From an uncultured Oscillochloris sp. (GTDB lineage Bacteria > Chloroflexota > Chloroflexia > Chloroflexales > Chloroflexaceae), in contig CAIRDL010000120.1 of assembly GCA_903877345.1 (NCBI GenBank), forward strand, positions 1 through 38,612: a stretch of DNA of 38,612 nt, given 5' to 3'. The position numbers and the translations under genes are program-made. The notes beneath the pieces were generated by a model. The model saw only the letters and a list, made by a program, of their open reading frames with translations, was not told the origin of the DNA and searched no databases. Positions 1 through 8,783 of the stretch are shown in pieces (positions within the stretch are counted from its first letter, which is position 1; each line of letters starts with the position of its first letter).

Positions 1-159
1 ACTGTAGCAATCCTACACAGGTTGTGAAGGTTATCCGGCGGCTGAAGCTACGGTAGTGCCTTTTTTCTTAATCTTGATCCTTCTGCTTGACAATTAGCCC
101 TCCATGTGGTAGTTTCGCCCCGCGCATAGGTATCGTACGCAAAGCTAGGAGTTCTCAGC

Positions 160-1092
160 GTGGCTGACAATCAACCGGGTCCGCAGCTTGCCCTGAGCGA
201 CAATGCCGCTAGGCAGCTCGCCAACACGACCAAAACCGCCCCTCTGCTCGCCACCATTACCCCGCGCTGGCTGGTTCATCTGCTCCAGTGGCTGCCCGTC
301 GAGGCTGGTGTTTACCGCCGCAACAAAGTTAAGAACCCTGGTAAAGTTGAAGTTGCATGCGGGAAGCAGGACGAGTCCGAACTGCCACAGACCTTCGTAG
401 ACTACGAGGAGAAGCCCCGCGAGTATGTGCTCAATACGGTTTCGACCGTGCTGGACGTGCATACACGCATCTCGGACTTGTACAACAGCCCACACGACCA
501 GATCAAAGAGCAACTGCGTCTGACCATCGAGACGATTAAGGAGCAGCAGGAAGGCGAGTTGCTCAATAATAAGGATTACGGCCTGTTGGCGAATGTCGAG
601 GCGAGCCAGCGCCTGACGCCGCGCACTGGCGCGCCCCAGCCCGATGATCTCGATGATCTGATCACCAAGGTCTGGAAAGAGCCCGCCTTTTTCTTGACGC
701 ATCCGCTTGCCATTGCCGCCTTTGGCCGCGAATGCACGCGCCGGGGCGTGCCGCCACCCACCGTCAGCCTCTTCGGCGCGCAGTTTCTGACCTGGCGTGG
801 CCTGCCGCTCATTCCTTCCGACAAAGTGCCGGTCACGGACGGCAAGACCAGCATTCTGCTGCTCCGCGTGGGCGAAAAGCGCCAGGGTGTGGTTGGCCTC
901 TATCAACCGGGGCTGGCGGGTGAGCAAGGGCCGGGGCTGTCGGTGCGCTTCATGGGCATCGGGCGCAACGCCATCGCCTCTTACCTCATCTCACTCTACT
1001 GCTCGCTGGCGGTGCTAACCGAGGATGCGCTGGCGGTGCTGGAAAATGTGGAGGTCACGAAGTACCATGACTACCGCGACACCTACCGGTGA
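160..1092 (+). CDS. srpI: Family 2A encapsulin shell protein (SrpI / major membrane protein I type)
   Basis: 310 aa. Contains ALSDNAARQLANTTKT, ITPRWLVHLLQWLPVEAGVYRRNKV, ISDLYNSPHDQIKEQLRL, WRGLPLIPSDK and GLSVRFMGI, motifs I recognise from Family 2A shells. GGAG RBS before the GTG start. Overlaps a downstream cysteine desulfurase, the established 2A operon layout. Confidence 0.93.
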   Translation: MADNQPGPQLALSDNAARQLANTTKTAPLLATITPRWLVHLLQWLPVEAGVYRRNKVKNPGKVEVACGKQDESELPQTFVDYEEKPREYVLNTVSTVLDVHTRISDLYNSPHDQIKEQLRLTIETIKEQQEGELLNNKDYGLLANVEASQRLTPRTGAPQPDDLDDLITKVWKEPAFFLTHPLAIAAFGRECTRRGVPPPTVSLFGAQFLTWRGLPLIPSDKVPVTDGKTSILLLRVGEKRQGVVGLYQPGLAGEQGPGLSVRFMGIGRNAIASYLISLYCSLAVLTEDALAVLENVEVTKYHDYRDTYR

Positions 1093-2893
1093 TGAGGTGC
1101 TGCAGGCGGTTGGGGTGCTTGCTGCAAACCTGCCCGATGAGGACATCTTGGCGCGTCTCGCCAATGAGTTCTTTCACATGCTGCCGGGTGAGGCGAGCGG
1201 GGTCTCGGTCGCCGATGCGCCGGTGACGCCTCCCTCCGCCCTGCCCACCGACCTCGCGCCGCCCCGGCTTGCCCCGGCAGCGGTGACGCCCACTGGCGTG
1301 CCGGATTACCTGGCGACCAGCGCCCCGGCAAGCGACGGGCGCGTGGGCGGTTTCGCCCTCGGCGTCCCTGAAGTCTATGCTGCCGCTTTGCCAAGCGTTG
1401 ACGCGGCCCCGGTGCCGGTACCCACATCGCCCTACTACTTTATTGGCGAGGCGAGTGCCTATCAGCCGCCTGCGGGTACGCCAAGTGCCGACCGCGTGAC
1501 GGCGCAGCCTTTTACCCTGCCAGGTGCGGGCGATTTTTCCACCCTGTTGGCAGGCATTGATCTGGGCTATGCCCGCGACCCGCAAGCAGCAGCCCCAACT
1601 GCCGCAGCGAGTCCCGATCCCCGGTTCTATTTTCTGGAGACGGGCGGGCCGACGGTGCTCCATAGCGCCCATCCGCCGTTCGATGTCCACGCCGTCCGAC
1701 GTGATTTCCCCATTCTCGCTGAGCGTGTCCACGGGCGGCCTTTGGTCTGGTTCGATAACGCCGCCACGACCCAGAAACCCCAGGCGGTGATTGACCGTCT
1801 GGCTTGGTTCTACGCTCACGAAAACTCGAATATCCACCGCGCTGCCCACGAATTGGCAGCCCGCGCAACCGACGCCTACGAGGGTGCCCGCGCCAAAGTG
1901 GCTCGCTTCCTCGGAGCTGCTTCGGCCCAAGAGATTGTCTTTGTGCGCGGCGCGACCGAAGGCGTCAATCTGGTTGCCCAGACCTTCGGGCGGCAACATA
2001 TCGGCGCGGGCGACGAAATCGTGGTCTCGTTGCTCGAACATCACGCCAACATCGTCCCTTGGCAGCAGATCGCGGCAGAAAAAGGGGCGCGGCTGCGGGT
2101 CATTCCCGTGGATGACAGCGGTCAACTGTTGCTCGATGAGTACAGTAAGCTGCTCAGCGACCGCACCAAGTTGGTGGCGATCACCCAAGTCTCCAACGCC
2201 CTTGGCACGGTGACGCCCGTCAGCGAGGTGGTGCAACTCGCCCACCGGGTCGGGGCGCGGGTGTTGGTGGACGGAGCGCAGGCCGTGTCGCACATGCGGG
2301 TGAATGTGCAGGCACTCGACGCCGATTTCTATGTCTTCTCAGGACACAAGGTGTTTGGGCCAACCGGCATCGGCGCGGTGTACGGCAAACAAGCGCTGCT
2401 CGACAGCCTGCCGCCCTGGCAAGGCGGTGGAAATATGATCGCCGATGTCACCTTCGAGCGCACGCTGTACCAACCGGCTCCGGCGCGCTTCGAGGCAGGT
2501 ACCGGCAACATCGCCGACGCCGTGGGCCTCGGTGCGGCGCTGGACTATCTGGAGCGCATTGGTCTGGAGAATGTGGCGCGTTATGAGCACCATTTGTTGA
2601 GTTATGCCACCCTGGGCATACAGACAGTGCCGGGGCTGCGACTGATCGGCACCGCTCGTGAGAAGGCGAGTGTGCTTTCCTTTGTGCTGGCGGGCTACAG
2701 CACCGAGGAAGTGGGCCACGCGCTGAATGAGGAAGGCATCGCGGTGCGTTCCGGCCACCACTGTGCCCAACCGATCCTCCGTCGTTTCGGCCTTGAAGCG
2801 ACGGTGCGGGCCTCACTGGCCTTCTACAACACCTGCGCCGAAGTGGATCACATGGTCGCCGTTTTGCGTACCCTCGTCCGGGGGCGGCGCTAG
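1067..2893 (+). CDS. Encapsulin cargo cysteine desulfurase (SufS/class II) with N-terminal disordered cargo-loading region
   Basis: DNAATTQKP, PLP-lysine motif SGHKVFGP and catalytic RSGHHCA. The ~200-aa Pro/Ala-rich N-terminus contains LARLANEFF. Start moved to ATG 1067 (GGAGG at 1050-1054), overlapping the shell gene by 26 bp. Confidence 0.93.
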   Translation: MTTATPTGDEVLQAVGVLAANLPDEDILARLANEFFHMLPGEASGVSVADAPVTPPSALPTDLAPPRLAPAAVTPTGVPDYLATSAPASDGRVGGFALGVPEVYAAALPSVDAAPVPVPTSPYYFIGEASAYQPPAGTPSADRVTAQPFTLPGAGDFSTLLAGIDLGYARDPQAAAPTAAASPDPRFYFLETGGPTVLHSAHPPFDVHAVRRDFPILAERVHGRPLVWFDNAATTQKPQAVIDRLAWFYAHENSNIHRAAHELAARATDAYEGARAKVARFLGAASAQEIVFVRGATEGVNLVAQTFGRQHIGAGDEIVVSLLEHHANIVPWQQIAAEKGARLRVIPVDDSGQLLLDEYSKLLSDRTKLVAITQVSNALGTVTPVSEVVQLAHRVGARVLVDGAQAVSHMRVNVQALDADFYVFSGHKVFGPTGIGAVYGKQALLDSLPPWQGGGNMIADVTFERTLYQPAPARFEAGTGNIADAVGLGAALDYLERIGLENVARYEHHLLSYATLGIQTVPGLRLIGTAREKASVLSFVLAGYSTEEVGHALNEEGIAVRSGHHCAQPILRRFGLEATVRASLAFYNTCAEVDHMVAVLRTLVRGRR

Positions 2894-3017
2894 ACAAAGG
2901 GGCCAGGGTTCAGGTCAGGGGCTAGGCCCAATACTTTTTAAATAAGCGCCGGGCCCTCACCCCCCCTTCTCCCTGGTTGGCTCCCCTCTCTCGCAGAGAA
3001 AAGGGCGGCGTCGGCTG

Positions 3018-3055
3018 CAAACGGTCAAGCTGGTTCAAGCCAGCTTGACCGTTTG
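3018..3055. repeat. Perfect 16-bp inverted repeat built from two head-to-head halves of intergenic repeat family B
   Basis: caaacggtcaagctgg-ttcaag-ccagcttgaccgtttg. The arm matches aaccagcttgacagtttg at ~30565 and aaccagtttgaccgttt at ~37815. Confidence 0.75.
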
Positions 3056-3281
3056 GTGCGCGGAACAATGCCTTTCGGGCTACTGACAACGGATTCCGCA
3101 TCAGAAAGCTATAGCAATCCTTTTGAGGTTGCGAAGGCGGCACATTGCACCAAACCGGCAGAGATGGCATACTTCCAGATGTAGCAACTACGCCGCCAGC
3201 CGATCTGGCGTATGCAGCACACCAGGACTGAAATGAGGTGCGGCGACGATCTCAGGCGTACCAAGGGAGCAGGGAAGAGCT

Positions 3282-3647
3282 ATGCGAGTTCTTTTGGTTG
3301 ATGATGAGACTGAAGTGCGGCGCTTCTTTGCACGGGTGCTAACCGAGCTTGGATCGTGGCTTGAGGTGCTTCAGGCGGCTGATGGCCGCGAGGCGCTCGA
3401 ACTCTTTCTGCGCGACCCTGTTGATTTAGTACTGAGCGACCAGCGGATGCCGCACATGACCGGTCTTGAACTGTTGATGGCCCTGCGTTCGCATTCGCAC
3501 GTCCCCTTTCTGCTCATCTCCGCCGATGACAGTATTGCGCGGGTGGCCTTTGCCCTGGGGGCCAACGAGTTTCTTACGAAGCCGATTAGCCTCGTGGCGT
3601 TGCGGAATGTGGTCAAGCATTACGCCCCGCCTGCGGAACAAGGCTAG
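3282..3647 (+). CDS. Stand-alone CheY-like response regulator receiver
   Basis: 121 aa. VLLVDDE, LVLSDQRMP (phospho-Asp), LISA and FLTKP. Purine-rich RBS upstream. Confidence 0.92.
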   Translation: MRVLLVDDETEVRRFFARVLTELGSWLEVLQAADGREALELFLRDPVDLVLSDQRMPHMTGLELLMALRSHSHVPFLLISADDSIARVAFALGANEFLTKPISLVALRNVVKHYAPPAEQG

Positions 3648-3734
3648 CTTGCCGATGTGCGTTTGAGATTTGTGATTTGTCAGAGTGCGGCCCGGTCACG
3701 GATCACGAATCACGGATCAAAGGCAACCCTTTCT

Positions 3735-4511
3735 ATGCCCATTCCTCACTATGACGGCTATATCTTCGACCTTGACGGCACGCTTTATCTGGGCGAGGTG
3801 GCCCTGCCCGGTGCGGTTGAGGTGCTCGCCAGTTTGCGGGCCGCCGGTCGTCGTGTGGTTTTTCTCTCGAATAACCCGACCAAGACTCGCGCCCAGTACG
3901 TGGTCAAGCTACAAGGACTAGGCTTCCAAGCCGATCTAGCCGAGGTAGTCAACTCCTCGTATGTCTTGGTGCAGTGGTTGCGCGAACACGCGCCAGGGGC
4001 GACGCTCTTTGTCTGCGGCGAGGCACCCCTGATCGGCGAACTGACGGCAGCGGGTTTTCCGCTCAGCGAACAGGCCGACGCGATTGCGGTGGTGGTGGCG
4101 TCGTTCGACCGCACCTTCACCTACCACAAGCTTCAGGTGGCCTTTGATGCCATCAGGGCCGGAGCTTGCCTCGTGGCGACCAACCCCGACCGCTTCTGTC
4201 CTGTCCCTGGTGGGGGCGAGCCGGACGCCGCTGCGATCATCGCCGCCATTGAAGCCTGTACGAACACCCGTTGCCTGGTGAATGTCGGCAAGCCCTCACC
4301 GCTCATGGCGCGCACAGTCAGCGCCCTGCTCCAGTTGCCGCCGGCGCGCTGTTTACTGGTGGGCGACCGCCTGCTGACCGATATTGCGATGGGCGCGGGG
4401 GCCGGGATGGACACGCTGCTGGTACTCACCGGGGATAGCACCCGCGCTGACCTACCCGACGCCCCCGCCCAACCCACCTACATCGCTGCAACGCTGCACG
4501 CTCTGCTCTAG
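3735..4511 (+). CDS. HAD-superfamily class IIA (NagD-like) phosphatase
   Basis: FDLDGTLY, FLSNN, ATNPD, VGKP and VGDRLLTDI motifs. ATG 3735 preferred because the upstream extension runs through a heptamer repeat. Confidence 0.92.
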   Translation: MPIPHYDGYIFDLDGTLYLGEVALPGAVEVLASLRAAGRRVVFLSNNPTKTRAQYVVKLQGLGFQADLAEVVNSSYVLVQWLREHAPGATLFVCGEAPLIGELTAAGFPLSEQADAIAVVVASFDRTFTYHKLQVAFDAIRAGACLVATNPDRFCPVPGGGEPDAAAIIAAIEACTNTRCLVNVGKPSPLMARTVSALLQLPPARCLLVGDRLLTDIAMGAGAGMDTLLVLTGDSTRADLPDAPAQPTYIAATLHALL

Positions 4512-5728
4512 TACGAAATGATCACCCGCGTGCCGACTGCCGCCCATTTATAAAGCCACTCGGCGTCGTCTACGCGCAAGTTGATGCAGCCGTGCGACAT
4601 ACGCACGCCAGTGCCGTGGGCGTTGTGCCAGTACGTGCCGTGCAGCGCCACGCCGCCAACGACATACTGTACCCAGGGAATGTTCGGCACCGTCCAGCAC
4701 TCATCGCCGAGACAGCCCGCCATCGTCTGCTCGTCATACTTGCTGTAGATCGCATACTCACCGACAGGCGTGTTGAAGCCATCGCGCCCCGTCGCCACGG
4801 GTGCCCGGTACACGAGCAGATCACCCTCGTAGGCGCTGAGCCACTGTTCGCTCAGATTGACCTCAATGCGCCGCTCCCAAAGCGCCGGATCCCAGATGAA
4901 GGTGCCGAGCAGTTGCGGCAGTGGCGCAATGTTGATGCTGCGGAGTTGCGCTAACTGGCGACCCAGATCACTCAGTTGTACTTCGCCGAGGGTGTCAATG
5001 GGGAAGCCGCGCATAGCCGCTTGGCCCGCGAGGAAGGCGTTGGCCTGTTCGGGGAGATAGACCAACTTGGCCCGCTCGAAATACTGCACACTCCGCCCTT
5101 GCTCATCCACCGTTTCGCTGAGCGGGAAGCCAAACACCCGCAGCCCGCCCCGTTTCTCCCACGCACGGGCAAACGTACCGCTGAGCGTGTGACGGGTTTC
5201 GGGGAAGTAGCGGGCACCATTCTGCGGATCGTCAAGCCCGTCGGGCGTGCCCTGGATGGCGAGCATTTCACGCCCAATTAGGCCGAGTTGCACCTGTTGT
5301 TCGGTGGCAAGTTCGGGGTGAAATTCGAGGCGGGCGCGCTCAAAATACTGGACAATTCGCCCCTGCTCAACCAATTCCTCGGTGATCGGATAGCCAAAAG
5401 TGCCAACCTGCCCGTTGGCCCGCCAGAAGTTAAGAAAGCCGCTGCGATTGCTCACGTGGTGGCCGGTCTGTGGAAAATAGACCGTCTGCATCGTGGGGAG
5501 CTGCGCAGCATGAACCATCCCGGTCGGTTGGGCGAGGCGGGCGCGGAACTGAGCCTCGGAGGTCTGGGCAGCCTGCACGGCAGCACGGGCGGCGCTGCCA
5601 CTCAGCGGTGCGACAAAGTCAGCCGTGGGGAGGCGCGCATCCGCCGCACGTGACCAACCAATCCCGGCGGCGAGCAGCAGCATGGTCAGCAGCAGAAGCG
5701 TGGCGAGCTTGATCCTGCGGGTGGACAT
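4508..5728 (-). CDS. Secreted L,D-transpeptidase (YkuD domain) with two YFPxTxH..YFERA repeats
   Basis: N-terminal signal/TM segment. IEVNLSEQ...PVATG and the HGTYWH...SHGCINL catalytic motif. AAGGA RBS. Confidence 0.9.
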   Translation of the reverse strand: MSTRRIKLATLLLLTMLLLAAGIGWSRAADARLPTADFVAPLSGSAARAAVQAAQTSEAQFRARLAQPTGMVHAAQLPTMQTVYFPQTGHHVSNRSGFLNFWRANGQVGTFGYPITEELVEQGRIVQYFERARLEFHPELATEQQVQLGLIGREMLAIQGTPDGLDDPQNGARYFPETRHTLSGTFARAWEKRGGLRVFGFPLSETVDEQGRSVQYFERAKLVYLPEQANAFLAGQAAMRGFPIDTLGEVQLSDLGRQLAQLRSINIAPLPQLLGTFIWDPALWERRIEVNLSEQWLSAYEGDLLVYRAPVATGRDGFNTPVGEYAIYSKYDEQTMAGCLGDECWTVPNIPWVQYVVGGVALHGTYWHNAHGTGVRMSHGCINLRVDDAEWLYKWAAVGTRVIISY

Positions 5729-5870
5729 AGCGATCCTTAACTATATGGCGGGTGAATCTAGTGTGCAGGATTCCCAACGGGGGTATGCCCCATTATAGCT
5801 AAGGCAGACGTTTCCGACTAGGGGGCTTGTCGCCAATGACGTGCGCAGATCGTCATCCAGGCACCTACTG

Positions 5871-7226
5871 TCACGGCGTCGCCTGGGTCGTATCCATATC
5901 CGCTGCTTCGGGCCAAGGCTCTTGGTTGCCCGCCGCATCGGTACCCCGGATGCGGAAGGCAAAGTGTTTGCCCTCATCTGGCCCCCACCAAGCGCTCGTC
6001 GTACTGACCCCAAGCTTCCAGTTCGTCCAGCCACCCTTGGGCAACTTACGCACTTGCAGGTCATACGTGGCGAGGCCGCTCATATTGTCGCTGCCGCCCC
6101 ATGTGATCTGGTAGCCGTTGTCTTTGCGCCTAATGGCAACCACTTGGGCATCGGGCGCGACGGTGTCGGTACGCGGCACCCACGCCAGCGCATCAAAACG
6201 CACGACCCGACTATTATCATCGGTGAGGTCGCTCAGGGTGACGCTCGGCGGCCCGTTGGCCTCGCCACTAAAACGAAAGCTGCCGAGGGAAGCCCAGTCA
6301 CCAGCGTGGGCTTGCTGATTCACCAAGACTTCGGTGGTTACGCCGTCGTGGGCGACCTTGTAGTGGGCCGAAGTCGTGGCGACGCCCCCGCATTCGGGGA
6401 TGTAGGCCAACAGTTCGTAGAAGCCCGGCGCAGGCAGTTGCGGCTCCCAGGTGGCCGAGGCTGTGGCTTTGCTCGGGTTCGTGGTTGATTTCGTCCAGGC
6501 ATGTTTCCCGCCCAACCCACAGCCCGCCTCACTCCAAGGTTCGCCCTGCCGCGTGTAGCCAACCGCACCGTCGTCCACGGCGATTGCGCCAGCTTCAATG
6601 GGAACGGGCTTGGCGGCTACGGCAGCGGGCGGCGCAGCGGGAATCGTTGTTGTGGGCGGAACAATCGTCACGGCGGCTCCCGGCCCGGGGTCCGTTCCGA
6701 GCCAAAGGAAGCTGACCTCAACCCAATCGTCGCGTTTCATCTGAAGATCATCCAAGAAGGTGCCATCGGCGATGTCAATACCATTGGGGCTATTGATGTG
6801 GCGGCCCCACTCGTCAAGCCCGCCGTTGTAGCCGTCAAGGTAAGCCGCCTCAGCCATCGGGCGACCAAGCGGCAAGTCGCGGTACCGCCGGTTCGGACTC
6901 CAATAATCATCCTGCGTATTCCACGGGCCGACATCCCACACCGGGACGACCACACTGCGCCCTTTGTAGGTCACGCGCACCTGAAACTTGGCGCTACCGT
7001 CAGGGGCAACCACCGAGCGTGAAGGCAAGGCGACGAAACGGTCGCGGGGCAAGACGAGATGGCCGTTGACGGTGATTTGGCCGACGAGACCCTCGCGGGT
7101 GGCGAAGATGCGGTAGGTTGGGGCAAGTGTGGACTGGGCCAAGGCAATGGGGACACCCCGCACCTGGGTTATGCTGGCAATGACAAGCACCAAGGCGATG
7201 TAGGGGCGTAGCTTGGCTGCGATCAT
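5871..7226 (-). CDS. Secreted multidomain protein: DPBB/RlpA-like N-domain, Pro/Ala linker, golvesin/CBM-like beta-sandwich, FN3-like C-domain
   Basis: Signal peptide. FVALPS...VPVWDVGPWN...GIDIADG; ATWEPQLPAPGFYELLAYIP...VNQ...W.SLG.F; ITWGGSDNMSG...F.FRIRGTDAAGNQE. Domain names assigned from motif resemblance only. Confidence 0.65.
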   Translation of the reverse strand: MIAAKLRPYIALVLVIASITQVRGVPIALAQSTLAPTYRIFATREGLVGQITVNGHLVLPRDRFVALPSRSVVAPDGSAKFQVRVTYKGRSVVVPVWDVGPWNTQDDYWSPNRRYRDLPLGRPMAEAAYLDGYNGGLDEWGRHINSPNGIDIADGTFLDDLQMKRDDWVEVSFLWLGTDPGPGAAVTIVPPTTTIPAAPPAAVAAKPVPIEAGAIAVDDGAVGYTRQGEPWSEAGCGLGGKHAWTKSTTNPSKATASATWEPQLPAPGFYELLAYIPECGGVATTSAHYKVAHDGVTTEVLVNQQAHAGDWASLGSFRFSGEANGPPSVTLSDLTDDNSRVVRFDALAWVPRTDTVAPDAQVVAIRRKDNGYQITWGGSDNMSGLATYDLQVRKLPKGGWTNWKLGVSTTSAWWGPDEGKHFAFRIRGTDAAGNQEPWPEAADMDTTQATP

Positions 7227-7291
7227 AGGGGAGCAGGAGGTCAGCGGGCGCTCGTGTTAGGGTCGCTTGCCCACTAAACCCTCGTAGGCCA

Positions 7292-7319
7292 GGGGCGTGA
7301 GCGTGGTTGCTCACGCCCC
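7292..7319. repeat. Perfect 11-bp GC-rich hairpin (REP-like or terminator/stabiliser)
   Basis: ggggcgtgagc-gtggtt-gctcacgcccc, between two minus-strand genes. Confidence 0.6.
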
Positions 7320-7349
7320 GAGGCGCGTGCCGTTTGTGCGGCGTTGTTA

Positions 7350-7467
7350 GGGAAGTGGAAATGATCCGTGATGCGCGTGATCCGTGATCGGGCCGCACCT
7401 TGACCAATCGCGGATCACGGATCACCGATCACGCGTCAGATGGGACGTTTCAAACCTTCCGTTCCCC
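7350..7467. mobile_element. MITE-like element, family A (internal heptamer palindrome), flanked by TTA/TTA
   Basis: Ends gggaagtggaa / ttccgttcccc (8/11 inverted match). TTA at 7347-7349 and 7468-7470. Interior gatccgt/gatcacg heptamers around gggccgcaccttgacc. Homologous to 38067-38199. Confidence 0.6.
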
Positions 7468-8496
7468 TTACGACCCGCCCGTCACCGTCAGGTTTTTGAG
7501 GGAGGGCAGGGCTGCAATCCAGACCGGGCCAGGGTTCAGGGCGATCTCAGTGCCGTCGCGGCCATAGAACTGGAGTTGGGCGAAGCCCGCCGCTTTGCGC
7601 CACGTAGCCGTGAGCATTTTGCCATCCATGAAGATCCGGGCCTGCCCTTCGCCCAGCACATCCTGCTCAATCCGGCGCTTAGGATCACCAGGGATGGGGC
7701 GCTCGGGTACTTCAAGCAGCACCACATTCTTAAAGCTCAACTGCTGCTTCGTGACGGCATCCAGATGCGGGCGCTTCTGGCGGAAGTAAAGGTAATTGTT
7801 GCTCGCCGGATCGTAGCGCCAGGCGACATAAGTCTCGGGGTAGAGGAAATAATAGTTGAAGCTCTGCGCGGCGGGCCGTTGGGCCACAGGCGCTTCCGTT
7901 TTGTAGAGGAAGCCAAGCTCACGCAAATCGGGCAGCGTGCCTTTCTGCGCAGTAGCAAAAGCAGCGAGGTTGGCACTGGAGGTGTAGAGATTGTGGGGCG
8001 CAAAGCGGCCCTTCGCCCGCCAAAAGTAGGCTGAAGCGTTATTCCGTAGCGCATCCATATTCAGAAGCTCAATCGCCGTTTGGGCCATGAGCAGCCCATC
8101 GGGCGACCCGCCAGCGTGGGCATAGACGGCACGGAACCCTTTAGCGTACTCGACGAAGTAGGCGCGGGTACTCCGCACAGGGCCAATCGCGGGCAATTCG
8201 GGGCTAATCCCAGGCACAAAAACCGCCATGTAGCGGGTGATGCCATACTCAGCCAGTACCTCAAAGACAATAGGCGCTTGATTGAGCCCCGTCTGTGGGT
8301 AGGCGTTGGGGTGATTATCAATCATCACCGCAAAAGGGCGGGCAGTGACGCCCCCACGGGGTACCGTAAGCGGGGCAGTGGTCGGTGTTGGGGGCGTGGT
8401 GCGTGTTTGCGGGTGGGCATTGGCGGTGACAACCCCGGCGAGGGTGGTTACGAGGAGGAGCAGCAGGGCACTGGCGCGATGCAGGTGTTGGGCCAT
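7468..8496 (-). CDS. DUF3048 (YerB-like) exported protein
   Basis: RPFAVMIDN, PQTGL...EVLAEYGITR, IGPVRSTR, HAGGS, APHNLY and NVVLLEV motifs. Signal peptide follows ATG 8496. Confidence 0.85.
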   Translation of the reverse strand: MAQHLHRASALLLLLVTTLAGVVTANAHPQTRTTPPTPTTAPLTVPRGGVTARPFAVMIDNHPNAYPQTGLNQAPIVFEVLAEYGITRYMAVFVPGISPELPAIGPVRSTRAYFVEYAKGFRAVYAHAGGSPDGLLMAQTAIELLNMDALRNNASAYFWRAKGRFAPHNLYTSSANLAAFATAQKGTLPDLRELGFLYKTEAPVAQRPAAQSFNYYFLYPETYVAWRYDPASNNYLYFRQKRPHLDAVTKQQLSFKNVVLLEVPERPIPGDPKRRIEQDVLGEGQARIFMDGKMLTATWRKAAGFAQLQFYGRDGTEIALNPGPVWIAALPSLKNLTVTGGS

Positions 8497-8783
8497 ACGA
8501 GAGTTCCGTTCCTTCCGCGTGCGTGGCGGGTGCAACCCATAGCAGCGCCCATCATAGCATAGATTTGAGTGCGCCGAAGTATGGTTCGTAATGACCCCGC
8601 AAACTGGCTGTCATCATTTCGTTACCTACGCTGTGCGGTCATGCACCTTTTGGCTCGGTTAGGTCAGGGCAAGGGCAATCACCTGCCCGTAATTCCCACC
8701 GCAGCGCGCAAAAGGAGGTCCGCCTATTGGTCAAACCTGTGTCCACTGGAAGCTTTTTTGATCTAAAGCGAGGGAGTTAGGAT

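Noticed and set aside
100..150. c-di-GMP-I riboswitch-like acgcaaagcta upstream of the encapsulin
   Set aside because: No GGCAAAC/GAAA P2 element or downstream P3 stem; the motif runs directly into the RBS.
7255..7300. c-di-AMP (ydaO) riboswitch-like taaccctcgtaggc-type segment
   Set aside because: Only a short resemblance, on the wrong strand for the adjacent gene, and the other conserved blocks are missing.
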